Source: Rhodobacter capsulatus SB 1003 (lineage in GTDB: Bacteria > Pseudomonadota > Alphaproteobacteria > Rhodobacterales > Rhodobacteraceae). Taken from it: a DNA stretch of 32,000 nt. This document shows positions 8,315-15,512 of the stretch, piece after piece. Numbering within the stretch: the stretch's first letter is position 1; each line of letters starts with the position of its first letter. Position numbers and translations under genes: made by a program. The stretch spans positions 690,001 through 722,000 of the forward strand of contig NC_014034.1 of assembly GCF_000021865.1 (NCBI RefSeq), in the 5' to 3' direction. Below the pieces are notes generated by a model, which worked only from the letters and a program-made list of their open reading frames with translations, made no database searches and was not told where the DNA came from.

Positions 8315-10087
8315 TCACTCCCCGCCCGGGCCGGGCGTTGCCGGGACCGTGCCGTCCGGGGCTCCGGCCGGTGCCCCGGGTGCGGGCGCGGCGGGGGCGG
8401 GGGCCGGGGCGGGGGTCGGGGCGGGCGTCGCCGAAGCGGGCGCCACCGTCGGTTGGCAGCTGGCGCGGTCCGGCGTCACGGCGGCGGGGGTTCCGGCCAG
8501 AAACTCGGCCAGACCCGCGGCCGAAAGCGCGAAATTCAGCGTGCGCAGCGGGCCTTGCCGGACGAAGGTGTTCACCCCGAGAACCCGGCCGCAGAAATCC
8601 ACCAAGGGCCCGCCGGAATTGCCCTGCGCCAGCGGCGCCGAATGCAGCAGCGTCTCGGTCGCGCCCTGCAGCGGCTGTTCCGCATTCACCGTGCCATCGA
8701 CGACGACGAGCCCGGGCATCGCCGCGCCATCGCCGCGCAGCAGCGCCTCATAGGCGGCGTCGGTCTCCATCACATCGCCCGGGAAGCCCGCGGCCACGAC
8801 GTGATTGAGCTTGAGCGAGGCGGCCGGATCGGCCAGCGGCAGCGCGGGCAGCGCGGTCGAACCGATCTTCAGCAGCGCGAAATCGGCCCCCACGGCCTCC
8901 AGCGGACCGGCGGTCTTGAGCACCTGCGCCGGTTGCGGCTGCCCCAGCAGCTTGTTCACCACGAAGGCGCCCTCGGGCCCGAGATCCTCGATCACATGCT
9001 GGTTGGTGACGATCAGCCCCGGCCCGACGGCAAAGCCCGACCCGGTCGAGACGCCCTGCGCCCCGGGGGCGATCACCAGCACGGTGGCCGCCTCGATCCG
9101 CGCCAGCAGAGTGTCGGTTTCCGCGGGGGCGCCGGGGGCGGCGGGCAGCAGCGCGCGCTCGGGCGCGGGGGCGACCGGGGAATCGGGCGCCACCTGCCCC
9201 TGTTCGGGCGCCGCGCCGGGCGCCGGAAGCGACAGGCCCTCGGGCGTGCGGTTCCCGGGCAGCACCAGAACGCCATCCTCGCGGCATTGCGCCCCCGCAA
9301 GCGCCTGCCGCAGCGCATCGCGGCGGTCGCGCAGCGCGCCCAGTTCGGTTTCCTGCGCCGCCGAGACATCGGCATCGCGGACCACGCTTTGCGGCGGGAA
9401 CACCCGGGTTCCGGGCAGCAACAGCCAGATCAGCACGAGGCAGAGCAGAACCAGCAGGATCGGCAGCGGCAGCCAGGCCGCCAGCGGCAGCACCGGGCGC
9501 GTCGCGGCGGGCGGCAGCCCCGCCGACATGGCCGGACCCGGCTGCGCGGCATCGGGGATCGGCGGCGGCACCGTCGCGGGCCCCGGCGCCGCCGCGGCAG
9601 GCCCGGCCGCCGCGGCATCGCCGCGCATGAACCCGGCCAGCGCGGGCGCCCCGCCGCGCGGGCGGACGCCCCAGTTCACCAGCACCGGAACGCCGTTGAT
9701 CGCCCGCACGTCGGCCGCCTGCGACAGCGAAAGCGCCGCCCGCACCAGCGCCGCCAGATCCGGCGTCAGCCCCGGATCGGTGGCCAGCGCCTCGATCTTC
9801 GGCAAGAGCCGCAGCAGCCGATCCTCGACCGCGCGGCGCAGCGCCGGGTCCAGATCGGCCAGCGGCCGGGCCTCGCCCGCATGCACCGAATGCCAGGCGA
9901 CGTTCAGCGCCGCACCCGCCGCGCCGCGGCTGACGAAGGGCTCGGCGAAGAGCTCCGCCGCCTCCGCGCCCAGCCGGGCGGTGAGCAGCTCGTGCAGCGC
10001 GGCATGGCGTTCCAGCACCGGCTGCCCGGCGACGGAAAGGCAGTCCTCGGCTTGCAGCGACGACCGGAAAAGGAAATGCTCGGCCAT
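8315..10087 (-). CDS. Fusion protein: SrfA-like cytoplasmic N-module, one TM, periplasmic coiled-coil, trypsin-like (S1/DegP-type, no PDZ) serine protease, Pro/Ala-rich tail
   Basis: 590-aa ORF. The N-module shares LFAEP...W...PL and P[IV]LVNWG blocks with the 438-aa protein. The TM helix is VLPLAAWLPLPILLVLLCLVLIWLLL. The catalytic triad motifs are intact: IVTNQHVI (His364, 8996-8998), GADFALLKI (Asp402, 8882-8884) and GNSGGPLVD (Ser491, 8615-8617). The start ATG at 10085-10087 overlaps the upstream TAA by 1 nt. Confidence 0.8.
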   Translation of the reverse strand: MAEHFLFRSSLQAEDCLSVAGQPVLERHAALHELLTARLGAEAAELFAEPFVSRGAAGAALNVAWHSVHAGEARPLADLDPALRRAVEDRLLRLLPKIEALATDPGLTPDLAALVRAALSLSQAADVRAINGVPVLVNWGVRPRGGAPALAGFMRGDAAAAGPAAAAPGPATVPPPIPDAAQPGPAMSAGLPPAATRPVLPLAAWLPLPILLVLLCLVLIWLLLPGTRVFPPQSVVRDADVSAAQETELGALRDRRDALRQALAGAQCREDGVLVLPGNRTPEGLSLPAPGAAPEQGQVAPDSPVAPAPERALLPAAPGAPAETDTLLARIEAATVLVIAPGAQGVSTGSGFAVGPGLIVTNQHVIEDLGPEGAFVVNKLLGQPQPAQVLKTAGPLEAVGADFALLKIGSTALPALPLADPAASLKLNHVVAAGFPGDVMETDAAYEALLRGDGAAMPGLVVVDGTVNAEQPLQGATETLLHSAPLAQGNSGGPLVDFCGRVLGVNTFVRQGPLRTLNFALSAAGLAEFLAGTPAAVTPDRASCQPTVAPASATPAPTPAPAPAPAAPAPGAPAGAPDGTVPATPGPGGE

Positions 10088-10803
10088 TACGGCGCCTCCT
10101 GCGTTCTGCGCATGATCACCTCTGAGCTGCTGCCGCTTTCGGGTTGGAACGAGGAACAGCTGGCCCGCTCGGCGCCATCGACCCGACAGGTCACCCGGCG
10201 CTGCAGGATTTCCATGTCGTTCGAACAGGGCAGATTGGCGGCCTCCTCGATCACCAGCGCCTGCCCCGGGACGAAGCTGCCGCTGACCGGCCCCTCGCAG
10301 CGGATGCCGTTCGAGCCCCGCATCGTCTCGGTGCCATTGCCCCCGGCGTCAAAGCACACTGTCCATTCCGAAAATTCGGTGATCTCGCCGGTGGCGCGGT
10401 TTTGCGTGCGATAGGGGCTGTCAAGCGCCCAGCAGCCCTGCAGATCGCCCAGATCGGCCTTGTCGATCATGTCCTTGTCCAGCACCGGCGGCGGGTCGGG
10501 CTCCGGTTCCGGCGCCGGTTCCGGCAGCGGCTCGGGGGCGGGCAGGGGCGCTGCGACGGGCGCGGGACAGTCAAGCCCCGCAAGCCGGGCCTCGAGGCTG
10601 CGGATCTCGGCGCGCAGCGCCGCGCTTGCGACGCGGTCCTCGGCCAGCGGATCTTGCAGGATCGTGCCCGGACAGCTGCCAAGCCGCAGGCTGCCGAAGG
10701 GCAGCGCGACCTCGCAGGAGGGAAGCAGCAGCGCCGCCGTTGCGGCCGAGACCGCAAGAAGGGCCGCGCCCCCTACCCAGATCGAGACGATACGCATCGA
10801 CAC
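10087..10803 (-). CDS. Small N-terminally anchored or exported protein with coiled-coil segment, PEP-repeat spacer and Cys-rich C-terminal domain
   Basis: 238-aa ORF starting at GTG 10803, or alternatively at ATG 10797. The N-terminus MSMRIVSIWVGGAALLAVSAATAALLLPSC is a signal anchor or signal peptide, and LPSC is a weak lipobox. It contains ALRAEIRSLEARLAGLDC, then PAPEPLPEPAPEPEPDPPP, then about 120 residues with 6 Cys. I recognise no known family. Confidence 0.6.
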   Translation of the reverse strand: MSMRIVSIWVGGAALLAVSAATAALLLPSCEVALPFGSLRLGSCPGTILQDPLAEDRVASAALRAEIRSLEARLAGLDCPAPVAAPLPAPEPLPEPAPEPEPDPPPVLDKDMIDKADLGDLQGCWALDSPYRTQNRATGEITEFSEWTVCFDAGGNGTETMRGSNGIRCEGPVSGSFVPGQALVIEEAANLPCSNDMEILQRRVTCRVDGAERASCSSFQPESGSSSEVIMRRTQEAP

Positions 10804-10853
10804 GGAACACCCCGCTGCGCCGACGCAAGCGCCGGCATGCCGCCTGTTGCCAC

Positions 10854-12128
10854 TCAGTTGGCGGTGATCGCCTTCGACAGGATCGCCGTGCGTTCCGCCG
10901 TCTGGTTCGGCAGAACCGCCGGGGCGGCGCCACTTGTCACGGCGTCCAGCGCAAACCGGATCCAGGCGCGGGAGGCCTCGGGATTGGCGGTGAAGCCGAA
11001 GCCCTCGCGCAGGTGATGGCCCAGCAGCTCGGCATAGGGTTTCATCTCCGCCGCCGCGAGCGTGGCCAGCGCCACATTCGCCATCGCCGCATCATCGGTG
11101 CGATAGCCCTCGGCGAGGCAGACCCGGCCCGAGACCTGGGTCGCGCTCAGCGTCTTGCCGGAGGCGTCGATCACCTTGCGGATGTCGGCCAGTGTCGCCT
11201 CGGGCGGGCGGGCGGCGGGATCGGCCAGCTTCGCCGAAAGCGCGGTCTTCATCTGGCCGCAAAGCGAGGTGATCAGCGCCTGCGTCGCCCCGACATCCTT
11301 GGCGACCTTTTCGCCATCGGCGGTGGCGAAGGTGCGGGCGAGGCAGAATTGCTCGTCCAGCGCAAGGCCGGGGTTCGGCATCTGCTCGGCCGTGGCCATG
11401 CCGCCATTGCTGGTGGTCAGGACATTGGTCTGGTTGCACAGGTTGTTCATCGAGGCCGCGGGCGGCGACAGATCGCCGAAATCCGGGATCGAATCCTGCG
11501 CGGTGATCGCGGCGGCGGCGGCGGCCGGAGCGGCCACCGGCGGCACCGGAGCGGGCGCGGGCGTTGCGGGCAGCTGCGGCTGGGCATAGGGCGTCGCGGG
11601 GGCCTGCGGATAGGGCGGCATCGGCGTCGGATAGGGGGCGGCGGGGGCCATCGGCGTGCGCTGATACATCGCCGGAAGGCCGCGCCGCCCATAGGGATTG
11701 GCCGCGGCCAGCTGCGCCGCCTCGGCGGGGTTGAGCCGTTCGCGCGCCATCGCATCTTGCAGCAGGGCGCGCTGATCGGCGGTGATCACCCCGTCCTGCA
11801 TCCGCCCGAGCGTGCCCTGAAAGGCCGCGATCGCCGCACGGGTGCGCTTGCCGGGGGAACCATCGACCGGACCGGCGTCGAAGCCGAAATTGTTCAGCGC
11901 CTGCTGCATGTCCTTGTCCGCCTGAACCTCGGCGGCGGGGCGCGCGGGGGCCGCCTTGCGCGGGGTGCGGTGCTGGCGCGGCGGAGGATTGTTCTGCGCG
12001 GCGCCCGCGATCATGGCGCCGATCACCAGACCGGCAAGGCCCGCCCCGAGATCGTCGGCGGCCGAGGCCTGCGGCGCAAGCGCCAGAGAAACTGCCAGGC
12101 CGACATTCAAGAACGATTGTCTCTTCAT
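10854..12128 (-). CDS. Secreted protein with peptidoglycan-binding (PG_binding_1-like) domain, Pro-rich region and unknown Cys-containing C-terminal domain
   Basis: The start is the ATG at 12126-12128 (residue 11 of tracked ORF), preceded by GAGGAAAG. The signal peptide is MKRQSFLNVGLAVSLALAPQASA. MQQALNNFGFDAGPVDGSPGKRTRAAIAAFQGTLG...GVITADQRALL fits the PG-binding repeat pattern. It is the first gene of the minus-strand operon. Confidence 0.75.
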   Translation of the reverse strand: MKRQSFLNVGLAVSLALAPQASAADDLGAGLAGLVIGAMIAGAAQNNPPPRQHRTPRKAAPARPAAEVQADKDMQQALNNFGFDAGPVDGSPGKRTRAAIAAFQGTLGRMQDGVITADQRALLQDAMARERLNPAEAAQLAAANPYGRRGLPAMYQRTPMAPAAPYPTPMPPYPQAPATPYAQPQLPATPAPAPVPPVAAPAAAAAAITAQDSIPDFGDLSPPAASMNNLCNQTNVLTTSNGGMATAEQMPNPGLALDEQFCLARTFATADGEKVAKDVGATQALITSLCGQMKTALSAKLADPAARPPEATLADIRKVIDASGKTLSATQVSGRVCLAEGYRTDDAAMANVALATLAAAEMKPYAELLGHHLREGFGFTANPEASRAWIRFALDAVTSGAAPAVLPNQTAERTAILSKAITAN

Positions 12129-12300
12129 TCTTTCCTCGCCGAAATCGTGTGGTTGCAACCGGATATTAATCCCGGTCGCAGGTCATTCATTTTTCGAAAA
12201 CGCACGCCAAAACTGGCGTTTTACAAAAGATATACAGGCAAAGGGATTCGTGTAAACGGAAAAGGCAAACCGTTTCCGGTTTGCGTTGCGCGTGTTTTAA
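12129..12300 (-). promoter_or_regulatory. AT-enriched leader/promoter region of the srf-type operon with short inverted repeats
   Basis: GC content drops visibly relative to the flanks. Inverted repeats present are ACGCCA-aaac-TGGCGT and AAACGG-N10-CCGTTT. A TAATAT -10-like hexamer lies on the minus strand. No convincing -35 element was identified. Confidence 0.3.
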
Positions 12301-12383
12301 CCGACTGTCGCCCGCGCAAAGCGCGCGCCCTCCGCCGCGTGAAACAAGGCCCGAAACCGGCGTTGCCGCAAGGCGTCCGAAGC

Positions 12384-12407
12384 GGCCGCCCGGACGTCCG
12401 GGCGGCC
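12384..12407 (-). terminator. GC-rich perfect hairpin just downstream of the GGDEF-EAL gene stop
   Basis: GGCCGCCCGGA-CG-TCCGGGCGGCC forms an 11-bp stem beginning 4 nt after the stop at 12411-12413. No clear U-tract follows, so function as an intrinsic terminator is uncertain. Confidence 0.45.
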
Positions 12408-12410
12408 TGC

Positions 12411-15221
12411 TCAGGGACGCGCCAGCAGCGCCGCATCGGGGTTCGGCACATGTCCGGGCTCGCAGCCGAAAAACCGCGCCTCGAAGGCGGATTGCGGCAG
12501 CGGCCTTTCGAACAGATAGCCCTGCCCGTAATCGCAGCCCAGCTCGATCAGGGTTTGCAGCGCGGCCTCGGATTCGATCCCCTCGGCCAGCGCGACAAAA
12601 CCGAATTTCTTCGCCAGACCGATGATCGCCTCGACGATCTGGCGGGCGTCGCCATCGGCCTCGATGCCGCGCACGAAACTGGCGTCGATCTTCAGCGTCG
12701 TCACCGGCATCCGGCGCAGATAGGTCAGGCTGGAATAGCCGGTGCCGAAATCATCGATCGCCAGCGCGATTCCCATCTTGCGCAGGCGCTGCAGCGCCTC
12801 CATCGCGCCCGGGATGTCGACGGCCAGCTGATCCTCGGTCAGTTCGATCTGCAGCCCGAAGGGCGGCGCGACATCGTCCGAAGTCTTCCAGCCCACCCGC
12901 ACCAGCGCCGCATCAAGCACCTCGGCCCAGTCCTGCGCCGCAAGGCTGGAGGCGGTCTGGTTGATCGACAAGGTCCAGTCGGCATGCACCAGCCCCGCCC
13001 AGCGCCAGCGCGCCTGCACCGCCACCGCCCGGCGCAGCACCATCCGGTCGATCGCGGGCATCAGCCCGGCCTTGGCGGCCACCGGCAGAAACGCGCCCGG
13101 CATCACCAGCCCATGCCCGGGCCGGTTCCAGCGCACCAGCGCCTCGCAGCCGCGCGGGCGCTTGTCATCCAGCGCGAAGATCGGCTGGAAATGCAGCTCG
13201 AATTCGTCATTTTCCAGCGCGCTGACCAGCGCCACCCGGGTTTCCAGTTCGCGCAGCGCCTCCGCCCCCATCGAGGGCTCGTAGATCATCACCGCCCGGC
13301 GGTCGGATTTCGCCGCATACATCGCCAGATCGGAATTGCGCAGCAGCGCGTCGCGGCTGTCGCCATGGCGGCCATAGCAGGCAATCCCCGCCGCGGCCGA
13401 GGGCCGGTAATTGTGCAGCCCCGGCAGATCGAGCGGCCGCGCCAGATGGTCCAGCAATTCCGCCGCCCGTCGCAGCGCCGCCGCCTCGTCGGCATTGCCG
13501 ATCAGCACCACGAATTCGTCGCCGCCGATCCGCGCCGCCAGCTCGCCCTCGGTCAGCGCGGCGCGCAGCCGGTCGGCGATCACCGTCAAAAGCAGATCCC
13601 CGGTCTCGTGGCCAAGCGAGTCGTTCACCGACTTGAACTTGTTCAGATCCAGATACATCAGCGCGAAACTTTGCCCCGCGCGCGAGGCGAAGCCGATCCA
13701 GTCGTCGATCCGCTCGGCCAGCAGGCGGCGGTTGGCAAGGCCGGTCAGCTGGTCGAACTGCGCCATGCGCTGGTTGTCGGCCTGGGTCTGGCGCAAAAGC
13801 GTCAGATCGGCCAGCATCGCCACATGGCCCAGATTGACCCCCGCCGCATCGGTCAGCCGGGTGATCCGCGCCCAGCAGGTCAGCTGGCGGTCGTCCTTTC
13901 CGTGCAGCGTCACCTCGCCCTGCCAGCTGCCCTCGGCGCGCGCAAGCACCTGACGCAGCCAGGAGTCGGTCTCGGACATCCCCGCCATGATCCAGCGCGT
14001 GCCGGAGCGCGGCGTCACCAGCGCATCCAGCAGCAGCGCCGGGGTGGCGCCGGGGGCGATGCCGCTCATGCGTTCAAAGGCCGGATTGGTCCGCATCACC
14101 CGCAGCCCCGGATCGGTGATCACGATCGCATCCGAAGATTGCTCGAAGACCCGGTCGGCCAGCCGTTCCACCTCGCGGGTGCGCAATTCCTCGGTGACGT
14201 CGCGGGCCCGGGTGAAGACGCCGATCACCGCGCCGTCGTCGTCGAAGACCGGGCGGCGCTCGGTCAGCAGATGCGCCGGGCGCGGCGTGCCGGGAGGGCC
14301 GTCATGGGGCCGGGTCGGACGCAGCACCGATTCCTCGACGATCAGCGCCGTGCGCCGCGCGATCACCCCGGCCTCCAGCCCGTTCAGATGCCGCGCCAGC
14401 TGCTCGTCCATGAATTGCGACCGCCGCCGCCCCTCGATCTCGGCGGGGATGCGGCCGAAGGGCTGGGCATAGGCCTTGTTGGCGATCACCACCCGGCCCT
14501 CGGTATCTGTCAGCGCCACCGGGTCGATCGTGCTTTCGATCAGAAGCCGCAACAATTCGGGATTGCCCGCAGAGGTGCCGGTTTCGATCGGCAGCAAGAC
14601 CAGCCACCAGCTCGCCCGTTCGGCCTCGGGCGTGTCGGGCGCGGCGACGACATGGGCGTGAAAGCTGTGCCGCGGCCCGTCCGCGCGCCCGATCCGCAGC
14701 CGCAGCGCCACCGCGGGGGCCCGGCTCGCGGCGTCGGGGGGCAGGAAGGCCGCATCCAGCGCCTGGGTCAGCGCCCGCGCCTGGCTGCGCGACAGCACCG
14801 CCCGCAATACGCCCGAGCGCTCGCCGGTGCCGCCATCGCCCAGCAGCGCCCGCGCCGCCGCATTCGCATCGAGGACGCGCAGCCCATGGGTCAGCCGCAG
14901 CACCGGCACCGGCAGCCGGCGCAGCAATTCGCCCGGCAGATGCACCTGTTCGGCCGGATGGTGCAGCGCAAGCTCCAGCGCCGCCGCCTGTTCCGCGCAA
15001 CTCACCCGCAGCCGGTCGAGCGCCGCGCGCAGCTCGGCCTGCGCCGCCTCGGAGGGCGTCGCCGCCTGCTGCGCCAGCGCCGCTTCCAGCGCCCGCAGGC
15101 GGGTCTCGATCTCGGCCATGGGGTCGTTGACGCTCTCGGGCGCCTTCGGAGGCGGACCGGCGGCAGGCAAAAGGGCGGCCAACGGATCCGCGGCGGGGGA
15201 TGAAGGGGGCTTCCAATTCAT
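12411..15221 (-). CDS. PAS/PAC-GGDEF-EAL c-di-GMP turnover protein
   Basis: The start is the ATG at 15219-15221 (residue 53 of tracked ORF), preceded by GAGGAG. This gives 936 aa. The N-terminus is coiled-coil (AEIETRLRALEAALAQQ) and is followed by PAS-like repeats. The GGDEF motif is RIGGDEFVVLI. EAL motifs are CEALVRW, DDFGTGYSSLTYL and EGIESE...GQGYLF. Confidence 0.85.
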   Translation of the reverse strand: MNWKPPSSPAADPLAALLPAAGPPPKAPESVNDPMAEIETRLRALEAALAQQAATPSEAAQAELRAALDRLRVSCAEQAAALELALHHPAEQVHLPGELLRRLPVPVLRLTHGLRVLDANAAARALLGDGGTGERSGVLRAVLSRSQARALTQALDAAFLPPDAASRAPAVALRLRIGRADGPRHSFHAHVVAAPDTPEAERASWWLVLLPIETGTSAGNPELLRLLIESTIDPVALTDTEGRVVIANKAYAQPFGRIPAEIEGRRRSQFMDEQLARHLNGLEAGVIARRTALIVEESVLRPTRPHDGPPGTPRPAHLLTERRPVFDDDGAVIGVFTRARDVTEELRTREVERLADRVFEQSSDAIVITDPGLRVMRTNPAFERMSGIAPGATPALLLDALVTPRSGTRWIMAGMSETDSWLRQVLARAEGSWQGEVTLHGKDDRQLTCWARITRLTDAAGVNLGHVAMLADLTLLRQTQADNQRMAQFDQLTGLANRRLLAERIDDWIGFASRAGQSFALMYLDLNKFKSVNDSLGHETGDLLLTVIADRLRAALTEGELAARIGGDEFVVLIGNADEAAALRRAAELLDHLARPLDLPGLHNYRPSAAAGIACYGRHGDSRDALLRNSDLAMYAAKSDRRAVMIYEPSMGAEALRELETRVALVSALENDEFELHFQPIFALDDKRPRGCEALVRWNRPGHGLVMPGAFLPVAAKAGLMPAIDRMVLRRAVAVQARWRWAGLVHADWTLSINQTASSLAAQDWAEVLDAALVRVGWKTSDDVAPPFGLQIELTEDQLAVDIPGAMEALQRLRKMGIALAIDDFGTGYSSLTYLRRMPVTTLKIDASFVRGIEADGDARQIVEAIIGLAKKFGFVALAEGIESEAALQTLIELGCDYGQGYLFERPLPQSAFEARFFGCEPGHVPNPDAALLARP

Positions 15222-15512
15222 GAAAGGACGCTCCTCGGGCGTCGGCAAAAGCGAGTCGGGTGGATATCTTTGTTCGCCATGAACGGTGAACCGCGACCAT
15301 CTGTCAACTTGGCAGTTTTCGAACGCAAGCGGCGGCTCGCGCAAAAGATGTGCAGAAGGGCTTCTGAAAATCCGCAAAAGGCCGGGTTTCGTCGCATTTT
15401 AGCGAAGAATACCTGGTGTTCCGACCTTGCGGGGCATCGGGGCGGGGCGGGATTCGCAAAGCCTTAGGAAAGCCGCGGCACGCTCGCCTTGGTTGCAAAT
15501 GGGTGCCTTCAG

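Noticed and set aside
1-12128. Reading the srf-type operon as a virulence locus or a secreted-effector operon because of the 'virulence factor SrfB/SrfC' names
   Set aside because: The names are historical, from regulon membership in Salmonella. The NTPases here lack secretion signals, no secretion-system genes are adjacent, and the genomic context looks like a free-living alphaproteobacterium. I treat the function as unknown.
10626-15203. 1525-aa plus-strand ORF; similar long ORFs at 8216..10414 (+), 15399..17792 (-), 18141..21665 (+), 22837..24276 (+), 24171..26087 (+), 28270..29277 (-), 28529..29815 (-) and 30129..31250 (+)
   Set aside because: All are shadow ORFs opposite genes with strong motif support (GGDEF/EAL, MCP, protease, WaaA, histidine kinase, ABC1 kinase). 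Their products are Arg/Gly/Pro-rich low-complexity strings without domains.
15309-15326. TTGGCAG...GC element in the divergent GGDEF-EAL/MCP intergenic region, considered as a sigma-54 promoter
   Set aside because: The GG-N10-GC spacing and the TTGC -12 element of the sigma-54 consensus are not satisfied.
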